A stretch of DNA of 64,000 bases. Origin: the human T2T-CHM13v2.0 reference genome, Homo sapiens. The notes beneath the pieces were generated by a model. That model was given only the letters and a program-made list of their open reading frames with translations, did not search any database and was not told where the DNA came from. Positions 10,787-27,500 of this stretch are shown here, piece after piece. The number at the start of each line of letters is the position of its first letter. Position 1 is the first letter of the stretch. The stretch lies in assembly GCF_009914755.1 (NCBI RefSeq), contig NC_060926.1, one strand, 5' to 3'. Position numbers and translations under genes: made by a program.

Positions 10787-11535
10787 CACTTAGTTCTTAA
10801 AAACTCCCAATGTCCAGAAGGCTGCCTAGAGCAGTACACAGGTGCTGGCAGTTTTAAAAAAATCTAGATCAGTCCAATATGGAATCAAATTTGAGTATTA
10901 AAGCAAACTTCTCAAACTTGAATGTACTTCTCAAACTTGAATGTACATGCTTTATCACCTGAGGATCTTGTTGGCATATAGATTCTGATTTAGAAGAGTT
11001 TGAGAGTTGGAATCTGAAGCAAGATCTCAGGAGATGCTGATGCTGCCTGTCCATAGATCACCCTTTGAGCAGCAACTCTTTGGCAACTCGCTGCTCTGCC
11101 TATACTTAGGGAGCCTTGGTAGCCATTGCCTAGAGCACTGCCACTCAGAGCCTACTTCAGAGACCAACAGCACAGCATTATCTTGGGACTTGTTAGAATG
11201 AAAAACCTTCACCTTTATGCCAGATAGAACTTTAGGGCTGAGGCTCATGGATCCTGTTTCAGCAAGCCATACAGGTGATTCTTATGCCCAGCAAAGTTTG
11301 AGATGCATTGTCTTAGACCAATGTGGCTTTCAGTCATGGCAACACATTACATTCTTGGGAGATTTTTATCTAATGCCAATATCTGGGCCCCTCTCTCAGA
11401 GATTATGATTTTATTAGTCTGGGGTTAGGGCTAGACAACTTTTTCTTCTTTTTCTCCTCCACCTTTTTCTCTTTTCTTCTTTCTTTCTCAGAACCCCCTA
11501 GGGGATTAGAATATGAAGTTGGTACTGAGACAGCT
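10720..11535. mobile_element. Cluster of about four MER5A/MER5B (hAT-Charlie) non-autonomous DNA transposons
   Basis: Repeated MER5 hallmarks (GTGGTTCTC..CAAAC, ATCACCTG(A/G)GG, GATTCTGATT, AGTTTGAGA...) at ~10720, 10901, 11130 and 11319. Confidence 0.65.
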
Positions 11536-11999
11536 ATATTAGAGAATCAACTCTGTCCCATACATTGGAAATTGCATCATTTCCCCCAGAAATAACATTT
11601 CATCCACAGGGCCAAACTCAAGAATGCACCACCTCATAACCCTCCTCATCAAAATGACTTTCAGGTACTTCAGGGTAAAGAGTGGTGTGAAAAAAAAGTC
11701 CCAGCTTTTGGTTAAATCAACTCCTTGTGATTGGTACCCATCTCCCATTTTAGGAGGCCAATATTTTTCATGAGATCAGGCTTATATTAAAATTATTCTA
11801 CATATTGCTTAGAAATTAGTGTCAAGGGCTCTGAACTGTTGATAATAGTATTAGGATTGTGTTATGTTTTTCCCCAGTTGGAATTAATGTACACCCTTCA
11901 AGCACCCTCCCCCACTACCTTGATACACAGTATTGTGCTCGGGTTTTCATTACAATGCCATCTGTCTTATAATAGTTATTTCTTTGGGAATTTGTCTTC

Positions 12000-12230
12000 T
12001 CTACTTACATGGTGAGTTCCAGAAAGAGAAGCTACATTTATTTGCTATAAATCTTGTATTCTACAAAGTGCCTGGCCAATTGCTCTGCACTTAAAACTAT
12101 TAGAAAATGTTCATTTATTTAATTTATGTATTTATTCAACAAATACTAACTGAAGTCCACCTGTATACCAAGCACTGTTCTGGGCATAAAAGGTAAAACT
12201 CAGTATACTGGTAAAGCTTTGATGCTAGTT
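12000..12230. mobile_element. L2 fragments
   Basis: GTGCCTGG...AAATGTTCATT, and ATTCAACAAATAC...CAAGCACTGTTCTGGGC. Confidence 0.5.
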
Positions 12231-12599
12231 GATTTATATATTCTTTTGAGGTTATATTTTCTGCTCTTCTCTCTCATTATATGAAACAAATATTGGGTGA
12301 GATCCTGTGACACTTTATACACCAGAATTGTTATATATACATGTGAGTATTATTTAGGAAGTTTTATATCTATATATTTATTTAAACTCCGCTTTTTATC
12401 CAAATAAAGCAATTGTAATTAATGTGCAAATATAGCAAGGTGACATACATTAGAAATGTGTGAGAATTTTAACGAGAATGAAACACAAGTTAGAGCATGA
12501 GATAAAACCAATCAGGAATAATTTTAGTTCACAAAATGCATACAATGATACCCTAAGTGTCACTACTTATGGGTTTATAATTCATTTTAATAGTAAGAC

Positions 12600-12820
12600 T
12601 AATAATAACAATAGTAAGACCGCTACAATTTATTTCTTACTTTATGCAAAACACTGAACTAAGTTTTTAAGACATCTTTTCAAATTCTTACCTCAACCCT
12701 ATGAATATGTTCATTTTCTGGGTAAAGATGCTGAGGTTTAGAAAACTTTCCCAAACTAATACACAATAGTAATTGATTGTGGAAATTCAAACCAGGCTTA
12801 TCTGAATCAAAAACCAAACC
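12600..12820 (-). mobile_element. MIR SINE
   Basis: GCTGAGGTTTAGAAAACTTTCCCAA...AAATTCAAACCAGG antisense MIR core. Confidence 0.6.
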
Positions 12821-15800
12821 AATGTAACATAGACTCTCATTTAAATTAATTTGTATTAGTTTGCTATTCATCATATACAGATACTCAAAGACATTTTAAT
12901 CACTATGCAGTTCCATGTAGCCTGAATGGAAGTGACCCATCTAACTTAGGTATATATACTCGTCACTGAAAAAGCAGTATTTTTCTCTACAATACAACAA
13001 ACTTCATAGGTACTACAGATCAGTGTAGAGGACTTTATGCTTGCTAAAATCTTAGTCCTTAATAATTTCTTATCGATCTTCTAGCTGGTTTCAATGAAGA
13101 ACAAATCAGTTTGCTAGGGTGAAATAGTAAGCTGGCTTTTAAATTGATTCTGCTTGTTGATTTTCCTTAGGGTAACTATTGCTGCCTTCTGGAGGTATTT
13201 GGTTTTAAAGAATGCATTAATCTAAATTTTTTTGTCTTTCTTTGTGAATATACCATATGATATCACGTTTATTAAGGAAAGGGAAAAAAGAAAGAGAGAG
13301 ACTTGGTAGTAAGTTAAAATGTCCCATCCCGCTGGGCACTTGTGCCTCAATGCTCTAGCAATATTTTCTCACAAGGGTCCTTGAAAGGTGTTACTCATAA
13401 CACTTCAATATAAAAAAATCCACACTTTTTAATTTTAATAGTTAAGAATTTTTTACATAAATATAAAGTTAACATATTAAACTACTTTATTTCATTCACT
13501 GAATAAATATTTCTTGAATACTTGTTGTAATACCAGCCATGGTGATCAGTAATCAGGCTATGGTCATGAATAAAAGACGGCAACCTCACTTATCTTTGAG
13601 CTTATATAATGGACATAATTATTTATATCAATGTTGAAGTTGGTAGCATCAACTTAACCCAACCTTCACCTTAAGGACTATAAGGTATGATGTTCAAGTG
13701 CTACTCAGATGTGGCAAAACTCGTAAGTATTCAAACGGCTGCAAGGAGCCTGCTCTGAGACTAGAAGATTATACAGTGCTAGTAGAGGCATTATTTTGCC
13801 CATTCTCCTCATTCCCTTGGGGTTTGACACCTGTTTGTCAGAGGTTACACACACAGACTTACTGCTTCCTTGGTAAACATATGCTTTTCCTTTGCAATAG
13901 GAAGACTATGAAGAAAATGACACAGAGGCCTGAAACCACTTTAGAGATCATTAGATAGCCACGAATATAATTCTCTCAAAATGGTCTGCTTGCCTGAGGA
14001 TCCTCTAGACTTTTTCTGAAACTAGAATTCACATGTTTGTTCTACTCTAAAATTTTCTTGACTTCTCATAGCCTTCAAACGCCAATTACATTGTCCAAGT
14101 TCCAAACCATCCCGCTGTTGTTTACTGAAACCTATCAACCCAGTATCTTACATATAAGTCCCTAGAAACCCCTGCCTCCTCCCAGACTCCAGGATCACTC
14201 TTCAAAGGTCTCAAATTCAAATGATTGTATGCAAGAGAGGCAAGTTTCTGTCATCAAATATTGCAACAGTCATAAGCAAGGTAGAGATTGAAAAACTGGA
14301 AGATGAGGAGAGGGTAGCCTGCAATACAAACTTCAACATGAGGGTATGAAGTTTGCCGGGGAAAGACACAAGGGTAGGGATGTTATGAAGCTAAAAAATA
14401 AGATTAAGATTATCTAGTTCTGGAAAACGTAATTCATATCAAATATTGTTGGGTGGAATCTTTGAAAGAAGTTTACATCATTTTTATTTGAATGTGTAGA
14501 CTCTTTTCAAATAAATATATGGACTTTGTAAAATACACCACTGAAGAACTTCATCAGAGTGGTTTAGAAAGGAAAGTAAGACAAGTCAAGACATAAAAAT
14601 GAAGAAAAATTAGTACAAGGAAATAGTAAGGCCAAAAATTGATTGGCCACCTTATTTTCTGATGACTTCTCATAGATTTTTCTTTCTGCTTTATCAATGC
14701 ATCATTCACTAGATCTAAGAAGGTGAGATGGGATACAAACAATGAATAGTCAACTATGCAAATACTTGAGGGAGTATTTTAGATATCTGGGGAATTGTAA
14801 AGTTTCTGAGATAAAGTACACTTGATGTGTTGGGGAACCATACAGGTCATCACAAAGATGAGGTCAGGGAGAGAGGCAGGGGCCAGATTATGTAGGCACT
14901 GTGGAGTTTATATACAGGCACTGTGGAAAACATTTTACTTATCTATAAAAACCAAAGCCATAGGTGAAGTTTAAGAGTTTATGGATCTACTAAAGAGGAT
15001 ATTCATTACCCCTCCCTTAACTGATCAACACATTTATTAATAAGTGTGGGAAGAAGACCAAGAATCACCAAACATTTGATGAAAACTAACAGTATGAATA
15101 AAAGGAAATTAAATAAAATAGGTAAGTAAAGGAAAAGATGTTTAATAAATTACAGTTAGATTGATTGCCAGAAGTGGGTTGAATGTGAAACTAATGAAGC
15201 TTAAATTTAATGGTCACACACATGTTAAAACTACTCTAAGATGAGGGGAGAGACCCTACTAATGTGTTCGTGTGTGGTCATATGATTTGGTAAAATTTGT
15301 AAAAGTAGGGCTATTTTGACTATGGTCAGTTGAGAGTGATACCTTTTTCTACTCTAAATTACTTTCCATCCTACTTCTTGTTTTGGGGGCTCTGGAATGG
15401 CTATGGGAATTTTGGGGATTTGGCTAAGAAGAACTTGGATTGGATATACATTTACTTTAGCAGGGTATTTTCATGTGGCTCACATAATTCATAATTTCAT
15501 ATTTTATTTTTTGGTTAAAAACATCCCTCTTTCATCTATATAAGCTTCAGTCCTCATAAAATTTGGAGTTGCCTCTCATTCTCATAGATATTCATAGATA
15601 TCCAAAGGGATATAATTTCCATAAACTAAAACAAACTGCAAAGGGAAAAATAAATCAGAAAAAATAAAACTCATAAAATATGGACTAATTCAGCTGCCTG
15701 CCCTTCCCTCATCCCTTCAAACAAAAGAAAACAAACAAGAGAATATGTATAGTTAAAAGAGTAGAGCCATTTTACCCACCATTTCAGGGAAATATGATTT

Positions 15801-16129
15801 GGATATCTAGGAAACCCTTAGGTCCAAAGGCTATATTAAGCATCTTATATACATCACCAAAATAGTCTCATTTCCTGAATATGCTCATTTCCTTTACCAT
15901 ATGATTACTGCAATATTTATGAGAATTGATGAAATTAATCTACTTGGAAAGTTAAGCACATATGTTCACACAGAAATGACTAGGTAAGAAAGAGAGTTAA
16001 ATATAACTTAAAATGATCAATGTACACCTCCTCAGCTCCAAAAGTTGCCCTTCGTTGCCTGCTGTATGAAAATCTAGCTGGGCCCTTTACATTAGTTTTT
16101 CTATATAGCTGGTATGATGTTAAGCTTTG

Positions 16130-16598
16130 TAAGCAGAGGGTGACAGAGCGACACTGCAGGAAGAAGGTCCTCTCTTCCTGGTTCTTTTTATCACCTACTT
16201 CTTACTCTTATTGTGCAGCTGCCAGCAGGATGTTTATGAGTCATTTGTAGTGTGCACCTCCATCTTATTTCAATGGAACCCCAAAGAGATATTTTTTGCT
16301 TTTTTAGGGACTATGAACCAGGTGTGTCCCAGGGAACCTAGAAAACATCTCTGCCATCCAGTTGGTCACAACCACATTTGTCTCCTGAGGTTGGATCCCT
16401 GCCTTGAGGAAGGGACTCTCACCTTCCATATATGTATTTCTCTTTTGAGCAATCTCCCCCAACCCTAGGGAAATGTTTAGGATTCTCTTTACTGCTTTTT
16501 AGATTTTCTCTATTAGAGTTAATAGCTCTTTACTTCAAATTTTTCCCATTCAAATTACTGTGTAGTTTTTGCCTCCTAGTTGAATTCTGACCAATACA
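16130..16598. mobile_element. Old ERVL-class LTR fragment
   Basis: Ends with the ERVL LTR-like terminus TGTGTAGTTTTTGCCTCCTAGTTGAATTCTGACCAATACA; subfamily not determined. Confidence 0.4.
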
Positions 16599-17802
16599 CT
16601 TTTTATTTTCTTTACGATTATCATTGTGTTTTTCATTTTTGTAAACAGTTTTATAAACTATTTCTACTATCCCCATAATATAAATTTGCATTTTATAAAT
16701 CTTATAGTCACTTTACTATTGATGACAGCAAAGCATTGAAACTTGTGATAAACTTTTTGAGCCAAAATAAATATTGGTAGATTTTGGTCCTACTTACTTG
16801 TTAGATGTCTTAATACATCCTGTATATATTTTATTGGGGTATTCTTAATCTTTTGCTTTTAAATAAAAGACATTTGAAATTCGGCAAGTTCTCCAATTTT
16901 ATTCCCCTCACTTTCAAGATTTTTGTTAATATTAAATAAAATTAAATTTAATGCATTTGATACTTTATAAAACTGAACACAGGTAAGAGAGTTGGTCTTG
17001 AGGTGGAAGAATGGCCTTATATCATCTGAAGTTGGAAAGAAAGAGCAAAGGGTAAAGATATGAAGAATTTTATTGAGAATGAGGCAGAATATTAGGTGAG
17101 TTTCTGTTCTATGTTCTTAATTATCCCCAAACAGAAAGATACAAGGTCGTCTGCTATCCAGAAAAGGTAGAAGACTTGATGAGAATGAGCACAACAAAGA
17201 GGGAGATGGCTATGGTTAAATAAAATATTTTCCAGTCTTCCTAAGAATGCTGTTTGTACCAGGATGCTGTTCTATAGTGTGCCTCAGCCCTCAGGGTGGG
17301 GCTGGTTAGGGAGAGCAGACTGCAGGACTGATCTGCTAGATGGTTATTACAATGGCTGAGTAGCAGTAGTTTAGACCTGAAAGAGATCAGAGACTAATCC
17401 TTTTTTAAAATTCATTTTTTCTCTTCTCTCTGTGTATATCACTGAATTGCATTTCCAGAATCATACTTGGATGTGGCCCTTGACTAAATTTAAAATGTGA
17501 ATAGAGAAGATGAGCATCCATGCCAGCCCAGGCTATGGAAGCTACTTAGATGTGCTCTGTGGTGACTTTGACCTCTCCAAGCTGACTAGGGTGGGCTCCC
17601 TCAACTCCCACACTAGGCAACTTAGGAAGACGCATGCTGGAGATGGCATAGTATCCTTCCACTAGTTTCTCCATCAGTATATAAAACTGAGTTACCTCTT
17701 CCCCATCTGTGCACATTTATTTCACTTGGAGCTACCCTGGACTTTTACAGAAAGGGAAAATAATCTATTATATTGACTTGTTACATGTGTGAATCTATTT
17801 GT

Positions 17803-18153
17803 TGTACCATTGTCAGCCTAGGCTGCTACAAGATAACATAGACTGGGTGGCTTAAATAACAGAAATCTATTCCTAACCATTCTAGAGGCTGGGAAGTCCA
17901 AGATCAAAGCTGCCTGCTGATTCAGCTCCTGGTGAGGATCCTCTTTCTGGTTATACCCTCAGAAGGTGGAGAGGAAGGGAGAGGAAGCCAGCTCTCTAGT
18001 GTTTCTTCTAATAAGGGCACTGGTCCTATTATGAAGGCCCCACCCTCATGATGTAGTTTTCTCCCAAAGGCCCTATCACCAAATTCCATTGCATTGGGAA
18101 CTAGGGTCTCAGCACATACATTTCAGAGGGCCACAAATATTCAGTTCATAGCT
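17803..18153 (-). mobile_element. MLT1A-type MaLR solo LTR
   Basis: AGACTGGGTGGCTTAAATAACAGAAAT...TCTAGAGGCTGGGAAGTCCAAGATCAA...AAATATTCAGTTCATAGC. Confidence 0.85.
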
Positions 18154-18728
18154 ACCGTTCAACCCCCACCCTAACAAATATAACTGGCTTGGTCCATAGG
18201 AGGCAGTAATATGGTAAAACAGCTAAATATGTATTGTTTCCATTTTTCTATAAGAAATAACATTGTTTTCTGTCACTTTACATTATAAATGGTTATAGCA
18301 GATAAAAATGTATGAATGAATAAGTAATAAATTAGAGTAGAGTTTGTATTCTTCTGGAGAAAAGGCTCCATGATGATACCAAGAACTATACAATTATTGT
18401 TCTTTCTTATAAAATAAAATATTGTAAATATTTTACTACTTATAATGCATAAATACAGAATGTGAAAGTTAGCTGTTCTGATACCGTCTGGGTTTAAGCA
18501 TATTATTTTCTAAAATATCAAATAGTATAATCACATTAATACAATGCATAAAACTTATTTTCCAGTGTAATGTTTCTCTCTGTGCAAGGGGCATCCAATA
18601 ACTTTTTGGCCTCTCTCTCACTTGCTTCTCTATTCTTCCCTAGGGAAGGAGGAATCACATCATTTTTGGTTTGGGACAAAAACCTGGCTCAAATGTGTTC
18701 TGTGTCTCACAGAGGACATGCATTTTGA

Positions 18729-22233
<3,505 letters not shown>

Positions 22234-22879
22234 GTCGGTGAACCTAGCAGCAGACATTTGGCCTTGGTAATACATTGTCATCTCATAGTTCATGACTTTG
22301 AAAACAGGCAAATTGTTAAAGATGAATTAAGTTTTAATATATATTCAATAGAGCAATTTTTTTCTCTGTTTCAGAAACCTTATTCCTTCTAGGAAAAAAA
22401 ATGGTTGGAAACATGTTTGTGCGTATTCTTGATCAGGCAGCCAGAAATAGTAGGTAATACATTGATATATAGTATTCCCTCGGAAAAAATAAAACTGGGG
22501 GAGGAACCTCCCTGGTCCCAAGTGTCCACATGGCAGGGAAAGGCTAAAGCTGAGTATCCCATCTGTACCCAAAGCAGATCCTCTCCCATTTGCTCTACTC
22601 TCTCCCCCTCCCTACTGTCTTCCTAAGCCCCACTTCATTCAGTGATATTACCAGCTTGACATCTGTTTGAACTCCGTTTCTGGTACTGTGCTGGTTTTCC
22701 CTCATGGTGGTGTGCATTCTAGGAATTAATAAACAAACAGTGATTACAGACTTGCTACATGGGACTTGGTTTTATGAGGATTAAGGATGAACTATTCTCA
22801 AGAACAATATCCGCACATTAGCCATTGAGTGCCAATAATGTAAATATATCAGTGCTTTCCAAATTTCCACAGATTCAGC

Positions 22880-23235
22880 CCTCCAGAAGCAGACACTGAG
22901 ACAGAATTTGGGATGCAAGGTCTTTGTCTGCGATCAGCAAATGTGAAGGGAAAGGTGAAGAACGGCACTCGGCCAAGGATGAAGCTGAACAGTGATGGAG
23001 GCCCCACAAAGTCTTGGCCAACCTTTCAAGAGGCCCTGAAGGGAGCTCTGGAGCTCTGAAAGATCCTATATTGGGTCCAAATGGTCTATTTTTTACACTT
23101 CTCAGCTCCAGAAATAGCTGTAGAAACAGCCCTGGGGAGTGGATAGCTGGAGCCAACAGCTTCCCTCACTCTCTGCAGCTGGGCTGCAGTCTTCTTGAAG
23201 GGGACCTGAGTGGCACCACCTTGACTCCACCACAC
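22880..23235 (-). mobile_element. LTR16-like ERVL LTR
   Basis: CCAGAAGCAGACACTGAGACAGAATTTGGGATGCAAG and GGGAGCTCTGGAGC motifs typical of LTR16. Confidence 0.6.
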
Positions 23236-23519
23236 ACATTAATCTAAAATTTCAACATCCAACAAGATTCTGTATCAAACTTGATGAGTTGACTCTAACA
23301 TTCATCTAGATTTAAAAATGTGTGAGAATAGGCAATACAAAATTGAAAATGAACAAATGGGGAGAAATTGGCCTGATAGGTTTTAAAACATGCTATGAAA
23401 GTCCAATAATTAAAATTGTGTCATATTGACACAAAAAAATAGAGTAGGGGAGGTAAAAATAACAGAATAGAGGTCAGAGAGAGCAAAGTATATTATATCT
23501 ATATCTATATGTGTGTATG

Positions 23520-23526
<7 letters not shown>

Positions 23527-23566
<40 letters not shown>
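23527..23566. repeat. (TA)n microsatellite
   Basis: About 20 perfect AT units. Confidence 0.95.
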
Positions 23567-23568
<2 letters not shown>

Positions 23569-24226
23569 AATAAACACAGAATGCATGTGGCATTTCAAGT
23601 CAGCAGGGAAAAAAGATTATTCGACAAATAGTGGGAATAGTTGCTTATTCATTCAAACAAAAATTCATTTTGGTCTCTACTTTATTAAAATAAATTCCAG
23701 TTACATTGAGGAATAAAGATAAAATACCCCTCAAAACTATAATGGCATTTTATAAATAATTTAAGTCATAATAGAATGTAATACATTTTATAATGCTTTG
23801 CTGAGTGGGGAAAGAGTTCTTACATGCAACAAATTTCAAATTCCATATATATCAAGAAACTGATAAATTTACTCTACGAAAGTAAAAACTATGTGCAATG
23901 AAATACACACAAATCAAATGAAAAGGCAAAAGTTAGTCCAGAAAAAAAATTGCAAAATTTACAACATACCCAAAGTAAAAATGTGTAACACATAAGAGCC
24001 CCTAAATATCCATGTGAAAAAGCAAAATAATAGAAACATGCAATTCAGAGTAGACCCGAATAGCTAATACACAAAATATAGTCAAATCAATAATCAGAAA
24101 ATGCAAGCTAAACAACACTGGTAGATATTTCTAGATTATCAGATCCTGCACAAATTAACATGATTGATAGGTCATATCTAATATTGGCTACACTATGAGT
24201 TAATGCGTATTCTCATGACCATTTCT

Positions 24227-24448
<222 letters not shown>

Positions 24449-24487
24449 GTGGACCATTTCTAACAGAATAAATTGCTACAACCTTTT

Positions 24488-24804
24488 ATTTTTTATTTTT
24501 ATTTTTGTATATTTTTTAAGATGGAGTCTCACTCTGTTGCCTAGGCTGGAGTGCAGTGACACGATCTCAGCTCACGGCAACCTCCACCTCCCGGATTCAA
24601 GCGATTTGATTCTCCTGTCTCAGCCTTCTGAGTAGCTGGGATTACAGGCACCCACCACGATGCCTGGCTAATTTTTGTATTTTTAGTAGAGATGGGATTT
24701 CACCATGTTGGCCAGGCTGATCTCCAACTCCTGACCTCAAGTGATCCACCGGCCTCAGCCTCCCAAAGTGCTGGGATTGCAGGTGTGAACAACCACGTGC
24801 GGTC
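24488..24804 (-). mobile_element. AluS (Sx-like) with target-site duplication
   Basis: Full antisense dimer. TSD CTACAACCTTTT at 24476-24487 and 24806-24817. Confidence 0.92.
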
Positions 24805-25004
24805 ACTACAACCTTTTTAGAGGACAGTTTGGCAGTATTTGTCAAAATTGCCTACAGAAAAATCTGCCTGTGGGTATAAAATTGTACAATATAAATATAA
24901 ATGGGTGTATTGCCATTATTTTGTATTCGTGAACAATTGGAAGCAATAATTCTATTACGAAAATGATTAAACTAGCCCACAATACCGATTGTATATCAGT
25001 ACTG

Positions 25005-25350
25005 GGTATGAGTTGAGAAGTATTTGAGTATGTCGCAGTAGTAGACAACTCCAAAATCTCAGTGGCTTAAAACAAAAGGTGATGTCTTGCTCACACAGAG
25101 TCCTCTCAGGTCAGCTGGGGCTCTGCCTTGTGTTCTCATCCAGGGGCCAGGCAGACAGTGCCACCACCAGTCTGGAGTTTTATACCGTATTCCTAGCAGA
25201 AGAGACGGTGTGGTGCCTTGCAGACAGCTCTTAAAGCTTCCACTTAAAAATGATAACATGTCTCTCCCACTCACATATCATTCACAGGGAAATACCTAAC
25301 CTCAAGGGCACTGCAAATTAAATCTACTGTGTGTTTCTTAGAAGTACAAG
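25005..25350 (-). mobile_element. Old MLT1 (J/K/L-like) LTR fragment
   Basis: CAACTCCAAAATCTCAGTGGCTTAAAACAAAAGG...TCTTGCTCAC. Confidence 0.6.
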
Positions 25351-26121
25351 AAATTAAGGAACTACTACTCCATGGAATAAAAATATATTATACCTAAAAA
25401 GAATGAAGCAGATAAATATGTTCATATCTCAATTTAAAAGTTCCAATGTAGTTCTACAGTGTATTTAAATTCCATTGCTATCTTGAAAATACATATATTT
25501 GTATATGTATATATACATTCATGGAAATGAATTGACAAAGTTTTGAAATTGTAAGACCAACCATTAACAAGAAGATTGTGGCACAGCGTTGGTTGGGAGT
25601 AGTGATGGGATACTTTAACTTTTTCTTTATATACTGTAATATGTTTTTCAAAGTATAATTGTAGGAATGCATTAATATTGCTTGACTGATTTAAAAACTA
25701 ATTTAAGAACGTCACCAAAGTTTCTTGGATCTTCTTTTTCCATTTCTTTAGATGGAAAAAAATAATTATCAAGAGGTGAACTGGAAAAATAAAGTTACTA
25801 TCTGCATCTTATAAGTCCCAAGAAATATTTGTGTAGATTTACTATCTATATCTTGTATTTCCCAAAAAATATTTGTGTGAATTTACTCTCTATATTGTTT
25901 ATGTCCCAAGTAATATTTGTGTGGATTGGTGAAGATGCATTCTATAATATTAGCTATTCCCAAATAAAGGAGTCATTAACTTTTATCAGACCAAAATATA
26001 TTTTACTAGGAAATTTTAGCCCTTGGTCTCTTCCCTGTGGCTCTCCCATTTCTTAAAACAAAAGAGTTGTTTAGGAAAAAAATCCTGGTCCTTTTCCTCA
26101 ATAGTCATCACAGTCATCACT

Positions 26122-26122
26122 T

Positions 26123-26153
<31 letters not shown>

Positions 26154-26410
26154 CACCATCCCTACCACCCCCCCAAAACACACCCCCAACATACACACAC
26201 AGGGTTGTTGATTGTCCTAAGCTAATTAATATATATATCATATATATTAATATATATCTACATATCTATTTATGTATGTATATATCTATATATATGTGTA
26301 TATATATGTGTGTATAAAGATATCTATCTAGATGTGTATATATGTGTATATCTATATAGATATGTATATGCATACATATCAGACACACACACATATATTT
26401 ATATGATATG
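26122..26410. repeat. (CA)n followed by a TA-rich low-complexity tract
   Basis: (AC)~14 at 26123-26149, then a degenerate (TA)/(TG) tract at 26225-26410. Confidence 0.85.
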
Positions 26411-26862
26411 AATAGATTTATTATAAGAATTGGTTCAGGTGATTATGGAGGCAGCCAGGTCCCAAGTCCCCAGATCTGCAGGGTGATTGGCAAGTTGGAG
26501 ACCCAGGAGGACTGATGATGTCATTTTAGTCCAAAGATTGGCAGGGTGAGACCCAAGAAGAGCTGATGTTTCCATTCATGTCTGACGGCAGGAAGAAAAC
26601 AATGTCCCAGTTTGAAGGCAGTCAGGCAGGAGGAGTTCCCTCTTATTCAGGGAAGGGTCAGCCTTTTGGTTGTATTCAGGCCTTCAACTGATTGAATGTG
26701 CCCCACCCACCTTAGAGAGGGCAACCTGCTTTACTCAGTCTATTGATTTAAATGTTAAATAAATAATTTTTAGAAACACTCACAGAGACACCAGAATGAT
26801 GCTTGACCAAATATCTGGCTACCTCGTGGCCTAGTCAAGTTGACATAAAATTAACCATCACA
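26410..26862 (-). mobile_element. MLT2 (ERVL) LTR
   Basis: Ends ...CTAGTCAAGTTGACATAAAATTAACCATCACA, the reverse complement of the MLT2 start TGTGATGGTTAATTTTATGTCAACTTGACT. Confidence 0.85.
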
Positions 26863-27273
26863 GAAGCCTCACAGTACAATGAACTTGCTTCTGCAACTGC
26901 TAGTTTAGCTAGATGTTAACGTTGTAAAAAATAGATTGTGGAAATGTATAAGCCACCATGCTTATCCTCTCACAGTTTTATCATATGTAAGCCTATCAGG
27001 AACTGTATTTTAATGTCATGATAAATCTGTGCTCAGTTTTATATATCTTGGTCTCTGTGCAATAATTAACCTGATTCTTAAATAAATTGTAAAAAAGCTT
27101 CAAGAACATTTTATGAAATTCCCCTTGGTGGCATTAAGCACTAAGGAAGCTAATTGATTCCTTAAATTTTCAGTTAAGCCAGTGTATTCTTACTTACATG
27201 TTGCCCAATTATCTAATCCATGTTTATCAAAATAGATTTGCCCTCTTACTTAGTAAACTTTATTTGAATTTTC

Positions 27274-27500
27274 TTTTATTTTATTATGCTTTAAGTTCTG
27301 GGGTACATGTTCAGAAGATGCAGTTTTGTTACATAGGTATACACATGCCGTGGTGGTTTGCTGCACCCATCAACCAGTCACCTACATTAGGTATTTCTCC
27401 TAATGTTATCCCTCCCCTAGCCCCCCACCCCCCAACAGGCCCTGGTGTGTAATGTTCCTCTCCCTATGTCCATGTGTTCTCATTGTTCAACTCCCACTTA
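27274..27500 (-). mobile_element. Short L1PA (about PA7-PA8) 3' end with 14-bp TSD
   Basis: Antisense L1 3' UTR (TTTAAGTTCTGGGGTACATG...TTCAACTCCCACTTAT). TSD TTATTTGAATTTTC at 27260-27273 and 27498-27511. Confidence 0.9.
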
